A stretch of DNA of 64,000 nucleotides from Candidatus Latescibacterota bacterium (GTDB lineage Bacteria; Latescibacterota; UBA2968; GCA-2709665), in contig OZ242180.1 of the NCBI GenBank assembly GCA_965205485.1, forward strand, positions 1,856,001-1,920,000, written 5' to 3'. How positions within the stretch are numbered: the first letter of the stretch is position 1; each line of letters opens with the position of its first letter. This document shows positions 1-11,498 of this stretch, piece by piece. The notes below the pieces were generated by a model. It ran no database searches, had not been told where the DNA came from, and saw nothing but the letters and a program-made list of their open reading frames with translations. The position numbers and the translations under genes were made by a program.

Positions 1-2976
1 GTTTCAGCGCCGTACTGTCGGGGCCGCCGCCGGACTGGCTCGTCAATGGCTTCGACGGCCTCCTCTTCGCCCGCAAACACGGCCGGCGAATCCTCCTCGT
101 CCACACGTACCGCGTCCTCGTGACGGCTGGGGCGGCGCCACGCGATCTCTCGCAGGTTATCGGTAATGGCTGCCGCCTCCTCCATCCATGTCTCGAGGTC
201 CTGACGGTTGGCGCCAGGCTCATCCTGAACCGTACGTGTCTTTTTGTAACGCTCCGCGTCGAAGGCAGGAAGTGTATCCACGTCGACGTCGATCAGGCTC
301 ATCCAGTCTCCGTCCACGCGTTCGTTCTGTCTGGGCAGGAGCAGCAGATCCCGCGCGCGGGTCAGCGAAACGTACCATAGACGCACCCGCTCCCGGTTGA
401 GTTCTTCGATCTCCTCCAGCATCGTCTCTTCGTATTCGGTGTCCGCGTAGCCCAGTACCTTGAAATGGACGGTGTCGTCCCGCCGGCGGTACAGATAGCC
501 CTCCTGGTGCCTGAGACCTGTTGTCGAATTGATTGGGATGACAACAGGCCATTCCAGGCCCTTGGCCGAGTGCATGGTGATGATGGAGACGGCATCTTCC
601 GCCTCGTCGTGTCGGCCTTCCACCTGGTCTTCAGCGTCTTCCCATCTCTGCCATAGCGCGCGTGCGAAGTCCTCAATGCCTCGCGCCGCGTAGGGACGCG
701 CCATTTCCAAAAACAGATCGACGTTCCCAAGGGCGCGCTGGGCGCTGCCGCGGTGGCGCGCCATCAGAATCGGACGCACCCCCAGCGTCTCCACCGCCTC
801 CGCCATGATCTGATAGGGCGTCGTCGTGCGGCGTTTTCGCCTCAACTCCTGCAGGGTCTGGAGTGTCTCTCGCAGGACCGGGTTCCCGACCAGCGAAGGA
901 TCGGTCTTGACGTCCAGGCGGACGGACCGGTCCGGATACACGGGCAACGCGTAAATCTCGTCCGCAATCTGCTCGTCCGAAAGTCCCACCAGCGGTCCCC
1001 GGATCAATGCGCCGAACGCCAGCGTGTCGCGGGCGTCGGCAACCGTTCGGGCAACCGCGATCAGATCCTGCACCTCCTGCCGCCGGTAGAACCCCTTGCC
1101 CGCCTGCGTCGCGATGGGGATATCGTGTTCCTCCAGGGCCCGCTCGTATATCCAGAGGCTCGTGCCCGTTGGGGCGAGCAGCGCGATATCCGAGGCCCTC
1201 GCGGGCCTCGTATTCCCGTTATCCGCATCACAGACGGGATAGGACCCGATCAGACGGGTTACGATTTCCGCAACGATTTGGGCCTCTTCCTCGCGGACCC
1301 TTTCGACAATCAGCCTCCCTCTTACCTGTGCGGTGTTCGTCACCCGGCACGACGTCGAAGGCCGCGACGCTCGGGCCGATCGTCTCCTCGTCCCCGTCCC
1401 GCGTTGCCGTCAGCGGCGTGAATCCGGGTTGGCCGCGCTCTTCGACCAACAGACTCTGGAAGTGTCCGTTAACGTACGTCAGGATGGGTTCCCGCGACCT
1501 GAAGTTGGCCGTGATGCTGATGACGGATGCCGGGTCGCGTCGGGAAAGCGCGTCCCGGGCGGTGAGGTAGGTTTGCACGTCCGCGCCGCGGAACCTGTAG
1601 ATCGCCTGTTTGGGGTCGCCCACCAGGAAGAGCGCGCCAGGACGAATCACGCGTTCCTGCCACGGCCCCCCGGGATCCCCCTCGCCGGCCAGACGCCAAA
1701 TGATCTCGGCCTGGAGCGGGTCGGTATCCTGGAATTCATCCACGAGGATGTGCGTGTAGCGCCCGGACAGCGCCTTTCGAACCGATTCGTGGTCCTTCAG
1801 GAGGTCCCTGGCCTGGTACAGCAGGTCGTCGAAATCGAGCAGCGCCGCATCGCGCTTGTATTCCCGGTAAAGCTTCCGGATCGTGTCGAATTCCTGGATG
1901 AATCGATGAACCGCCAGTCCTGCAAGGGTGTAACAGAATGCGCCGTAAGCCCGTTCGCACGCTTCGTATCGCTCCAGCCCGGCGGCGAAGCGCGTTTCTC
2001 CCTCGGCTGCGTTCATACCGGCGGCTTTTGCTGCATTTCTCCACTTTGTCTTCGCGCGCCACTGCTTGAAGCCGCGCTCGTTTTTCTTGCAGGCCTCCGG
2101 AGGGTTGTGATGGAGCAGGTCCGCGAGGTGTTCCGCCGGAATCCGGCCGGCGCCGGGCGCAGCTGTCTTTTTCACCGTGTCCAGGAAGTCATTGGCAACG
2201 GCGGCGGTGCCGGGTTCTTCTATTCCCGTGCCTTCGTACCAGGCCGCGAATGCGCGCGCGGCGTCGACCCATTTCGTATAGGCCTCCCCATCGACGTCGG
2301 AAACCCCGGCTCCGGCCGTGCGGTGTATTCTCAGAAAGTGGGCCGTGTCCCTGATCAGGCGAAGCGTTTCGTCCGGCGATCTCTGCAGGAGAGAGGCGAA
2401 GAGATCCTCACCTTCGGCGCCGGGATGCTCGATCCTGGGCAAACGTCCCAGACCGTCTTCGGCCGGATCCCGTCCGAATCGCGCCGACAGCCATGCATCC
2501 ACCAGGTCGTCAAAGGCGAGTTCGACAACCGCCGGGTCGACAATCGAAGCGCCGGGGTCCTGTCCGGATTCCACCGGATAGGGCGTGATCAGTTTCTGGC
2601 AGAAGCCGTGGATCGTGGTGCATGTCAACTCGTCCAGCGAACCTGCGCCGTCATTGAGATTGGCGCGTTGCGTGTCGCTCAGACCATTTGGCAGGGCCGG
2701 CCCGATTTCCACCGGTGGCTTTCCGGATAGGAGGGCCCTCACGATACGGTCGATTCGCTCCAGAAGTTCGGCCGCCGCCGCTTCGGTAAAGGTGATGGCG
2801 GCGATGTTCCTCGGAGCGGTCCCCCCGGCCACGAGCAGCGCCGCCCTGCCTGCCATGAGCGCCGTCTTGCCGCTGCCCGCCCCGGCTTCGACAAGAAGGG
2901 AACGATCGTGACGGGTAAGCGCTTCGATGCGCGCGCCCAGATCGGAAAGCGGCGCCTGTTGACGATCGCAAGGCAT
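1..2976 (-). CDS. AddA/UvrD-like ATP-dependent helicase(-nuclease), 3' end beyond window; one frameshift near 1320
   Basis: Walker A EAGAGSGKT, ITFTEAAA, LVDEFQD, VGDPKQAIYRFRGAD and NFRS motifs in ORF 1228..2976. After a one-base shift at about 1320 the minus strand continues GRLIVERVREEEAQIVAE...DIALLAP...ITMHSAKGLEWPVV towards the window edge. Confidence 0.85.
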
Positions 2977-2977
2977 C

Positions 2978-5680
2978 TCAGGGCTGCTCCCACAGCTGAG
3001 ACAGCGGCATCAGAGTCATTGCGGACAGGGGCGCCTTGGTCTTCAGGTACATTTCTTTCGATCTTCCGGGCAGTGCGAAGGACAGATCGTAATACCGGTC
3101 GGCCGCCGCGGCGCCGCTCAGCGTTTTACCGCCAGCGAAAAGGTCCGTGGCCGCATTGAAGTAGCTCGCCAGTTCCGCGAGCGTTTCCCCGGTGTCATCA
3201 AGCACCAGGGCCGGTCTGTCGCTGCGCGGATAGACCAGACGCGCTTCAACCTCGGGTTGCGCCGGGACGAGCGATCTCACCGCAAACGCGTAGAGGCATC
3301 GCTGCAATTCCGCGCCGCCGTTGATCCGCGGTGACTTTCCTGGATATTTCCCCGATTTGTAATCCGTAACGCGGGCGCGCCGCCGGTCTTCCGACAGGTC
3401 GAGCCTGTCGATGAATCCGCCGATACGGATCCGCGTACCGTCAATATAGACCGGCGTCGAGAGGTCCCATGGCGGACTGCCGCTTCCACTGGAATCCCTC
3501 CTGAGTCCAGGGTAACCAAACTGAACTTCCGCCCAGGTTCTCTGCCCCGGCAGAGGCGCTTCGTCTCGCGTCAACGCGTCAACGGCGAGTTCCCTGGCCT
3601 CTTCGCACTTCCGCCGCCAGATGACGGGTGGCGGGACGGGCCGTTCGGCCGCCCATCGTTCCGCAACCGCGTTGGCCGCCGACGTGACCGTGCGTTCGAT
3701 CTCCCTGCGGGAAGCGCCGGCAAGTCCGCCGTGCCGGGATCCCTCCAGCCGGTTTACGCTCTCTCCGAGAAACTCGTGCAGAAGGGACCCGAAGGCGAGC
3801 GCGTCGAGCGTCAACGGCTCCTCCGTCTCTTCCGGCGCCTTCCAGCCGAAGCCGTAGGTCCACAGATAGCCGAGCGGGTCCCGGAGCAGTCTGGAGAGCG
3901 ACGTGGCGGATTGCGTGCGGTCGAGCGCGCGAAGGAGCATCGGATGCCCCGTGCTGATCAGACCGTCATGGGCCGTCAGCTTCTCGCTGCGCCAGTCAAT
4001 CCATGTCCGGGCGGCGGATTGGGCCAATGGCAGCGCGGCGAACTCACGACGTCTGGCCGCGAGCCGGTCGCTCTCGCTTGCGGCATGCCCGGGGATCCGG
4101 CCCTGGGCGAGAAACGCTTCTTCCCTGTCATCGGGATAGAGTGGAGAGACGCCGTTCAACCGGCCTTCGCTGTCCCGCCGCGCTCTCGAGCAGACGACCT
4201 GCCGTTCTGCCATTCTGCAAATCGTTTCGAAATCACGGCGATCGGATTCATGAACGGGAAGGGGTTCCAGGTCCTCCGGCCGCACCACGTGTGTTGGAAG
4301 CAGGGGGTCCTCCCCGGCGCGGCGGGGCCAGGAGCGCGAGGTAAGGCCGACCAGCCGGCAGAAAGGCCGGGGAACCGCCGCGACGGACGATGCCGGCCCC
4401 CAGACGATGGCGCCGCCCGGTTCTTCCCGGTCGGGTACGCGAAGTCCGGCGAGGGTCACGTCCAGCGCGGCCGGCGGTCCTTCGACCAGGGCCCTCTTCC
4501 AGATCGCCAGGGCTTCTGAATCCGTCAGAAGCGCCTCACCTATGTCTTCCGCCCCGGCCAGTCCCAGACGGAGTACCTTGATTATATGTCGCAGCAGCGG
4601 TCGATGATCTCTACCGTCGGGAAAGTCTTCCGGCGAGAGCTTGTTCAGGAGTTCCTCCCATCGGTCCGCGTTAAGCAACGGGGCATCGTCCGGCAGGACT
4701 TCCCGCCAGTCTTCAGGCAAAGATTGGAAACGCCCCCCGGAAGACCGAAGCAGGCCCACCAGGCGGACCATGCGGGAACGCGAAAACCCGCGCAGAAGTA
4801 CTTCGGCGAGCGCGGCGGCAAGCTGTCCGTCCGGTGTCGCAAGCGCCGGCTTGCCGTGAATGAAGTGGACCGGCAGCTTCGCGGCTTCCGCCATGGCCAG
4901 TACGTGATCGTCCCACGTCGCGGGGGATGCCGCTGTAATCGCGATGTGCTGCGCGGGGGTTCCATTCGCCAGATGCCGCCGCGCCCAGCGGAGAGCCTCC
5001 TGGATTTCGTGGCGCGGCGTGGCGCACGATACCGCGCGAATTTCCGGATCCGGCGCCGCGTACTCATGGAGGTCAATGCCCGATCCTGACAGCCAACCGG
5101 GCGTCGACCTGGCGCCGGCCACCCAGACCACCTCCGTTTCCCTGCTCAGCCGCAACAACAGGTCCCGCCACACCGGCGACAACTCGGTGCGTCCATGAAT
5201 CTCGATTCGGCCGAAGAGGACGGGAGCCAGCGCCGCCCGGTTGAGTGCTCGCCCTGCCAGATCGGGGTGCGGGAGCTGATTCTTCGGTAATCTGGAACGG
5301 ATTTCACGTTCGAGTATCGCCAGCGACCGGGTGCGCGGTTTCCTGCTGCCCGCCAGACCCAGGTCCGCTCGCCAGGCCTTTGACAGGGTGGCCGCGGCCG
5401 CCCGCTGAAATCCGGGAAGCCCTTTGATCGTATCCAGTTCGTCGAGCGATCCCGCGGCTGCGGCGTCTCTCACCGTTTCCTTGAGATCGTCGGTTCGAAC
5501 GGATCGCAGAAACCCTCCGGCAAGCCTCGCCGCGAGCTCCTCCATCGAAATGACGAGCAGTCCGTGATCGCCTTCCATGGCGGCTTGTGTCTGATGCCAT
5601 CGCCGCGCGTACCGGCCTTCCACCACCACGGTCCTGCGCCTGTGTGTTCCCGGCTTCATTCCTGTTTCTGTTTCCGGCAT
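2978..5680 (-). CDS. AddB-like PD-(D/E)XK nuclease family protein
   Basis: C-terminal GFIDRLD...VTDYKSG...LQRCLYA RecB-type nuclease motifs; abuts the helicase gene; ATG 5680 with GGAGG upstream. Confidence 0.8.
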   Translation of the reverse strand: MPETETGMKPGTHRRRTVVVEGRYARRWHQTQAAMEGDHGLLVISMEELAARLAGGFLRSVRTDDLKETVRDAAAAGSLDELDTIKGLPGFQRAAAATLSKAWRADLGLAGSRKPRTRSLAILEREIRSRLPKNQLPHPDLAGRALNRAALAPVLFGRIEIHGRTELSPVWRDLLLRLSRETEVVWVAGARSTPGWLSGSGIDLHEYAAPDPEIRAVSCATPRHEIQEALRWARRHLANGTPAQHIAITAASPATWDDHVLAMAEAAKLPVHFIHGKPALATPDGQLAAALAEVLLRGFSRSRMVRLVGLLRSSGGRFQSLPEDWREVLPDDAPLLNADRWEELLNKLSPEDFPDGRDHRPLLRHIIKVLRLGLAGAEDIGEALLTDSEALAIWKRALVEGPPAALDVTLAGLRVPDREEPGGAIVWGPASSVAAVPRPFCRLVGLTSRSWPRRAGEDPLLPTHVVRPEDLEPLPVHESDRRDFETICRMAERQVVCSRARRDSEGRLNGVSPLYPDDREEAFLAQGRIPGHAASESDRLAARRREFAALPLAQSAARTWIDWRSEKLTAHDGLISTGHPMLLRALDRTQSATSLSRLLRDPLGYLWTYGFGWKAPEETEEPLTLDALAFGSLLHEFLGESVNRLEGSRHGGLAGASRREIERTVTSAANAVAERWAAERPVPPPVIWRRKCEEARELAVDALTRDEAPLPGQRTWAEVQFGYPGLRRDSSGSGSPPWDLSTPVYIDGTRIRIGGFIDRLDLSEDRRRARVTDYKSGKYPGKSPRINGGAELQRCLYAFAVRSLVPAQPEVEARLVYPRSDRPALVLDDTGETLAELASYFNAATDLFAGGKTLSGAAAADRYYDLSFALPGRSKEMYLKTKAPLSAMTLMPLSQLWEQP

Positions 5681-5726
5681 TGACGCCCCCACGCCTCCAC
5701 CTGTCGATCGCATTGTCCGGTTACGA

Positions 5727-5756
5727 ATTATACCCCGCACCATGCTTTCTTGTCAA
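5727..5756 (-). promoter_or_regulatory. sigma70-type promoter for the addB/addA-like operon
   Basis: Minus strand TTGACA-N18-TATAAT upstream of ATG 5680. Confidence 0.65.
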
Positions 5757-5802
5757 TGACTTATCCGGTCTCGACGTTCCCATTAGAGAGAGGGGTGGAG
5801 TG

Positions 5803-5907
5803 AGGGTGGGGCAGACATTCCTGTCTGCCCACGTCGCCGACCCCGTGCGCCTGAACTGTCATTCAGACGAAGCCGATTTCAGGGTGGGGCAGACATTCCT
5901 GTCTGCC
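5803..5907 (+). repeat. Two direct copies of REP-like hairpin GTGG-GGCAGACA-TTCC-TGTCTGCC (further copies about 8830 and 18428)
   Basis: 4 near-identical copies; GTGG tetranucleotide at the foot of an 8-bp stem. Confidence 0.8.
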
Positions 5908-5979
5908 GGAAACTGATGAAGCCGTCAGGCCGATAGAGTGTCCCTATGGATCTCTCTGTGACGGCTACGGTCTCCCTGC

Positions 5980-8784
5980 TCATCGGTGATCGAAGGTCAC
6001 GCGGTACAGAACGATTCCCGTCAGGTCCAGGTCGGCCTCGCCGTCATACTGAACCAGTACATGAACGTCCTGCGCCTCGTCCAGAATGAACCGCAACTCG
6101 CTTGTCTCGTCGCCTGCGAAGGGGATCGACAGCCACCACGGGGGGTGCGCACCGTATGCAAGGGGGAGCGCGGGAGGCGGGAGGGTATAGACGGCGGTCT
6201 TGATCGGTTCGGGACGGCGCTCGAAAAAGCTCCAATAGCTCGAGCCCGTGATGTTGAAGCGGACCAGATAAATTCCTTTGGATAAATTGCTGATTTTACG
6301 GGCAAATTGCATGGGGCGTTCCCGCTTCACTGGCCCGGTGCGAGCTATTTCCGAAATTATCGGATCGGCGAGTTGAGGTAAATGAAAGAATTCGGCGCGG
6401 ATTTCGTCCAGCGACAGTTCGCCCGTTCCAGTGTAGAATATATGGACATAAAAAAGCTGCGGTTGATCGACGTCAAATATGACGGATTTGTCGCGGTTGA
6501 GTTTTCCACCGATGAGTGGATAATTGGACGTTGTGCTCCAGAGAGATACGGCCGGTACTGTATACCGCCGCGAGAGGGTCAGATGGCCGGAGATCTTACC
6601 TTTGGCTGCTTCGACCCGGAGTCCGCGGAAGTTAAGCCGGTAACGCCCCTTTTGGAGAGGACCCAATCGGGGCATGGCCATCCGCGAATAGCCGACCCTG
6701 CCTTGCCGTGAGACTCCCTCTCGAGCGCGAATTCTACCTTCGGAGTCCGCGGCATCTTCGGGCACGGAATCGATCGGGACGTGGAAACTGTAAGACGTTG
6801 GCTTGATTCCGTCTGAGAGGAGCGGCATATAGGGCGCCCTGCTTCCTTGTAAGCGCGAGTTCAGTACTTCGCTATGACTCCATATGAGGGGCGCGAAGGC
6901 GGCCGCGGCGACGACGGCCGCGCGCAGACCAACCTTCCGGGGGCGGATGAACAGCGCCCCCGTCAGCACACTCCAGAAGGCAAGGTCGAGCAGCGGCAGG
7001 TCCTGCCGGTCCGGCTCGAAGAAGTGCAAATGCAGGGGATAGTAGCGGTTGATCGACCTTTCGGGCAGGTTATACCCTTTATAACCCGCTTCAGGAAGTT
7101 CGAGCACATGAAGGACGCTTTCCACGCTGACCGCGAGGGCCAACGCCACAAGAAAGCTGGGCGTCGCTCTGCGCAGCAGCGGCGGCAGGCCCCAGGCCAG
7201 TCCCAGCGCCAGCACCGGCATCGCAGTCATCATGAAACGGCCGGGCAGGTCGTGGCCGAATACCCATAGCGTGTGAAGCCCGTTGATGCCGGCGGTGGCG
7301 GCGAAAAGGACAAGAGCGACGCCAACGCGCCGGTCGCGCAGCTTGGCGAGGGTCAGTAGTCCGAACAATGCAAAGAAAAAGACCGGCGACGAGTTGAGAA
7401 TGCCTCGGCCGACGTGCAGCCAGTGGCCGGGAAGGGAAATCTTCCAAATGGCGAAATCGAGAGCGTTCTCATCCCAGGCGCCGCTTCCCGGGCGCAGCGG
7501 CCCCAGCCAGTCCCCGCTGAATGCGTGGTGGTAGGCAAGGAGTCCGTATAGGCCGCCGGCGATGACGAGGCCGATTGTCGAGAGTGCCCACCATCGCCTT
7601 TGGTTTCTCCAGGCCTGAAGCAGCACCGGAACGCCGCAGAAGAGGCCGAGCGGAACGAGGCGCGGGTGCAGAAAGGGCAGGCAGCAAAGCAGCAGGGCAA
7701 GCAGGCCCAGTACAGGTATCTCCCAGCGTCCCAGAGATCGGTAAGCGCAGCCGGGAGTCTGCCAGTGAGCAAGGGCGATCAGGACGGTCAACACGATGGC
7801 GATGGCCGGGATTTCCGGATAGATCTGGTTGGAATAGTAGAAGTACGGCCCTGTAACGGCCGTTATGGCCGTGGCTGTCAGTGCCGACCAGGATTCGGCC
7901 CCCAGCCGTGTGAGATATATGAAAAGCAGGGGAACGCACAGACTCGCAAACAGCGCGATAAAGAGCGCGGCGGACAGCCTCGGGTTCGCCCAGGCATCCA
8001 GGCCCCACCTGTAGGCGGGAACCAGGGCGACGGAAAGGCCGATCGGATGGGTCGAATGGATTTTGCCTTCGGGAGACGCAGGCGCCCTGTTCAACCCGAA
8101 GTCCGTCACGTGGAATTCCCCCACGTGCTCGATACCAAGGTTGTTGGCGAGATCCATGTCCCCGTCGTGGACCAGGCTTTGGGTCACACGCAGGTACTGG
8201 CCCTCGTCGCTGTGGAGCATGGTGACCTGGCAGAAGTACAGCGTGTAGAACACATACAGCGGCAGGAATACGGCAAACAGGGCGCCGGCGACGTAGACGG
8301 TACGGAGGGGTTTCCGGGCCCCGAGCGACGGCAGGTGTACGTATCCGAGAAATACCAGCGCAAGGGCCCACAGCGCGTGGGGTGACCAGAGGATGGTCAG
8401 GAAGGGAAAGATGCGGACGAGCGGATCGACGAGGGTGAGGAGACGCACAGCCAGAAGCGCGCCTGCCAGCAATGCCGCGCGCTGGAGCCGCTCCTGCAGG
8501 TTGGTCCCGGCGCAGAAGAAGCGATATCGAATCCACGCCAGGACGAGGCCGGCGAGCCCAATGAGCGCCGGTCCGAGGGGCGGCCAGCGCAGGTGGAATG
8601 GTCCGGGGGATATGGCCAGTCGCAACTCGTCTGTTGCCGCCGCGACGAGGGGATCGAAGCCGCAAAGCGCCAGCCATGCACCGAAGAATCCCGCCGCGAG
8701 TCCAAGGTCGACCGGAAACGGCCGGGAGGCGAGCGGCGTGATTTGGAGCCGCAAGGTCGCAATGAGATTCCGGGCGGCGTGCAT
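5980..8784 (-). CDS. Polytopic membrane protein, GT-C (ArnT/PMT-like) glycosyltransferase with soluble C-terminal domains
   Basis: 934 aa, many hydrophobic helices, SDEGQYL..QSLVHDGDMDL acidic loop motif. Confidence 0.6.
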   Translation of the reverse strand: MHAARNLIATLRLQITPLASRPFPVDLGLAAGFFGAWLALCGFDPLVAAATDELRLAISPGPFHLRWPPLGPALIGLAGLVLAWIRYRFFCAGTNLQERLQRAALLAGALLAVRLLTLVDPLVRIFPFLTILWSPHALWALALVFLGYVHLPSLGARKPLRTVYVAGALFAVFLPLYVFYTLYFCQVTMLHSDEGQYLRVTQSLVHDGDMDLANNLGIEHVGEFHVTDFGLNRAPASPEGKIHSTHPIGLSVALVPAYRWGLDAWANPRLSAALFIALFASLCVPLLFIYLTRLGAESWSALTATAITAVTGPYFYYSNQIYPEIPAIAIVLTVLIALAHWQTPGCAYRSLGRWEIPVLGLLALLLCCLPFLHPRLVPLGLFCGVPVLLQAWRNQRRWWALSTIGLVIAGGLYGLLAYHHAFSGDWLGPLRPGSGAWDENALDFAIWKISLPGHWLHVGRGILNSSPVFFFALFGLLTLAKLRDRRVGVALVLFAATAGINGLHTLWVFGHDLPGRFMMTAMPVLALGLAWGLPPLLRRATPSFLVALALAVSVESVLHVLELPEAGYKGYNLPERSINRYYPLHLHFFEPDRQDLPLLDLAFWSVLTGALFIRPRKVGLRAAVVAAAAFAPLIWSHSEVLNSRLQGSRAPYMPLLSDGIKPTSYSFHVPIDSVPEDAADSEGRIRAREGVSRQGRVGYSRMAMPRLGPLQKGRYRLNFRGLRVEAAKGKISGHLTLSRRYTVPAVSLWSTTSNYPLIGGKLNRDKSVIFDVDQPQLFYVHIFYTGTGELSLDEIRAEFFHLPQLADPIISEIARTGPVKRERPMQFARKISNLSKGIYLVRFNITGSSYWSFFERRPEPIKTAVYTLPPPALPLAYGAHPPWWLSIPFAGDETSELRFILDEAQDVHVLVQYDGEADLDLTGIVLYRVTFDHR

Positions 8785-8857
8785 TAACGCGCTTCCGTAT
8801 TCAGTATTACTTCACGATCCGGTTTGAGGGTGGGGCAGACATTCCTGCCTGCCCGCG

Positions 8858-9637
8858 TCAGCCACCGTTCACGCTCTCGCCGGTGACAACCATCGGATGC
8901 TTCCATACCGTCGAATCATCCCTCTCTGACCCGTCCCGGTAGGTCGAAATGAGGCTCCAGCGGTCCGCGCCCGTGGTATTCGGATAGGAACTGTGCAGGG
9001 TCTGATCGTGAAAGAAGACCGCATCACCTCGACCGACCGCAAGCGTGGTCTCCGGAAGCCCGGCGATTTCTTCGTTTCCGATACGCCAACCGAAGCCGTT
9101 TTGCGCCCTGACCTGTTTCACTTTGAACCGCCTGAAATGGCTGCCCGCAATCATCTTCAGACACCCGTTTTCCGGCGTGGCGTCGTCCAGCGCGATCCAC
9201 ACCGAAATCTTGTTCACGCCCTTCCAGTAGTACCAGTCCTGGTGCCAGGGCGAACCGAACCGCGTGAACTTGTTCTTGTAGACCGACTTCACACTCAGAA
9301 ACTCCACGTCCGGTCCGATGATCCGGTTGAGTACCGAAACCACGCAATCATCCTTCATCCGTTCCCTGAAAAACGGGTCCAGCACGTCCGCCATGAACAC
9401 GTGGACGCCGGTGGACGTCGGCTCCGTGTTTATGTGGCCCCCCGACTCGAGGATGTCGACAATGCGTGTCTTCCAGTCCAGCATCTCTTCCGCACGGTAG
9501 AGTCCCCTCGCGATGCAGAAACCGTCGCGATGAAACGCCTCGGCGACGTCTTCCGCGTATTCCGGTACCGGTTGATCGGATAACATACCGCGTCTCCTGA
9601 CTTTCATTGACAATTGTTGATATGCTCCCGCCGCCAT
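8858..9637 (-). CDS. Phytanoyl-CoA dioxygenase (PhyH) family Fe(II)/2-OG oxygenase
   Basis: PWHQD, WIALDDATPENGCL, GDAVFFH..LHSS..N motifs; start uncertain. Confidence 0.85.
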   Translation of the reverse strand: MAAGAYQQLSMKVRRRGMLSDQPVPEYAEDVAEAFHRDGFCIARGLYRAEEMLDWKTRIVDILESGGHINTEPTSTGVHVFMADVLDPFFRERMKDDCVVSVLNRIIGPDVEFLSVKSVYKNKFTRFGSPWHQDWYYWKGVNKISVWIALDDATPENGCLKMIAGSHFRRFKVKQVRAQNGFGWRIGNEEIAGLPETTLAVGRGDAVFFHDQTLHSSYPNTTGADRWSLISTYRDGSERDDSTVWKHPMVVTGESVNGG

Positions 9638-9764
9638 CGCACCTGCCTCGGAAACGGTCGCAAAATGCGACAGTTAAGATACGATCGAGTGTAGTGCGAA
9701 TGATAATCCAATTGCCTTCAGTATTCAACAAAACCAGAAGGGGTGTGACTGCGCAACGCCCGGT

Positions 9765-10055
9765 TTTCCTCCCTCTTTCACCCGGACCTACCCCCTTCCT
9801 GAAGGAAAAAGGAAGAAGGAAGAAGAAATGCGGTGAGACGGGAGAGGTAAGCCGGGAGAAGAAATCCTTGCCAGATAAGGAATTCCTCCTAGCCATTGGC
9901 ACGAGAAGAATCGTCACAAGGCAGGTAATCTCTCCCCTCTCACCGCTTCTCTGAGACGACCGGTGTAAGTACACCCGGGAGCGAGGCCTGGTGGAGGTGG
10001 CTTTTGACTTTGCCTTTCGTTCTTGTTTTTAGCTGATGGCTGATAGCTGACAGCT
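9765..10055 (+). repeat. Intergenic repeat mosaic (GAAGGAA heptamers, foldback element, GCTGANR heptamers)
   Basis: About 9824-9986 is nearly identical to about 42930-43092. Confidence 0.85.
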
Positions 10056-11495
10056 ATTCCCGCAATTCCTTCAACAGCGCAACGTCTTCCCGCGTGACGC
10101 CTCGGAAGAGTACGATGAGCGCGCTGTAGACGAGCAGCCCGATCACGCTCGCGACCGCGAAGTGATCCGTTATGGCTGACACGCAAAGCATGGTCAGAAC
10201 AGTCGCCAGCACCGGTCTGGCGGCGGCCGCGCCAAGCGTAACCACGTATTTTCGCAGCGGCGTGAAGAAGAGCCCCGCAACCGGAAACGCGATGGACCCG
10301 ACCAGGACGGCCGCTGCCGATCCCGAGGATATGGTGCGCGGGGATCAGGGCGACGTTCAGAAGCGTGCCGAGTCAGCGCCGCCGCGCCAAGGCAGATCAG
10401 CCGGCGTTTTTCCTGGCCGACGGCCACGATCAGAAAACCGAAGGCAATGCCCATGTATTTGAAGACCATCGCCCAGATGAGGAGGACGAGCGTCAGGCTG
10501 GCGCGGCCGAACATGGCTTCAGGAATCCTGCCGGGAAAGAGCAGATTCAGGATGTCATTGGAGGCAAGCGTGCAGAACCCGGCGATGGGGACTATGAACA
10601 GCAGCAGGTAGCGTGCGCTTCGGCGGTAGATTCTGTCGAACGCAACCGGATCGGTCTCCCGGTGTCTGACCATCACGGGGAAGACGGAAGCGATGAATAT
10701 CGAAGCCAGAAAGGGAAGGCTGTCAGGAATTCGGGCGGCCATGTTGTAAAGGCCCACGGCTTCCTTGCTCTTGATGGACTCGAGCAGCATGATGCCGATC
10801 TTGTCGTGGACCGTGGCGCACACTGAGGCCAGCATGAGCGGGATGCTCTGCCGCAGAAGCGTTCTGACGATCCGCGTGTCGAACCGGAACCGGGGAAGCT
10901 CGAAGAGACGCCGGTGCGTGATGCACAGACCGGCGAACGAGAGAAACTCGGCGGCGATCAGCGCGCAGAAGATGGCGACGAGAAGGCCCTTGTTGAGAAC
11001 AACAACGACCAGCAGGCCGGCCATGAGCAGGTGGGAGACGGTGTTCCACGCCACCACGTACCCCATCCTGAGCTCTGCCTGGAACCGGACCTGGAACATC
11101 CTTCGAAACGCGTTCAACCGGGGCGATACGAACAGCGTGAGCGAGGCGATGAGCGCGGGTATGAGGGTCTCCGCGCCCTGGCCCGAAAGATAGAGAAAAG
11201 CGTTAGAGGTGAGAATGGCGGCAGTAGAGGAGATGAGCCCTATAGATAACGCGTTCCCCAGAAGCCGGTCGGCGTTCTCCCGGCTGGCGGCTTCCCTGAT
11301 CAGGACATTGTACGTCCCCGCGTCCGCGAGCACCCCCCACAGCATCAGGTTGGTCAGGATGAACGTATAGGCGCCGAACGCCTTGAGGTCCAGGTAATGG
11401 ACGAGGAACAGGAAGATTGCGAACTCGATGACTCGTCCGAATACCTGGACCGAGGTGTTGCCCGCAATCCGTCTGACGGGTGACGTTGCGCCCAT
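10054..11495 (-). CDS. Oligosaccharide flippase (Wzx/MOP family), frameshifted near 10320-10375
   Basis: Hydrophobic MOP pattern (IAGNTSVQVFGR, DKIGIMLL, VGLYNMA). Removing two single-base insertions joins ORF 10194..11495 to 10054..10245 via LGTLLNVALIPAHHILG. Confidence 0.8.
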
Positions 11496-11498
11496 GGG

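Noticed and set aside
1300..1330. Programmed frameshifting in the helicase (and in the flippase at about 10320-10375)
   Set aside because: No slippery heptamer is evident, and scattered single-base indels elsewhere point to consensus errors.
5905..5975. Hammerhead-like string CTGATGA-AGCC-GTCA-GGCC-GATA with a plausible stem III
   Set aside because: The core GAAA is GATA, the stem II closing pair is mismatched and stem I cannot form; at best a decayed relic, likely chance.
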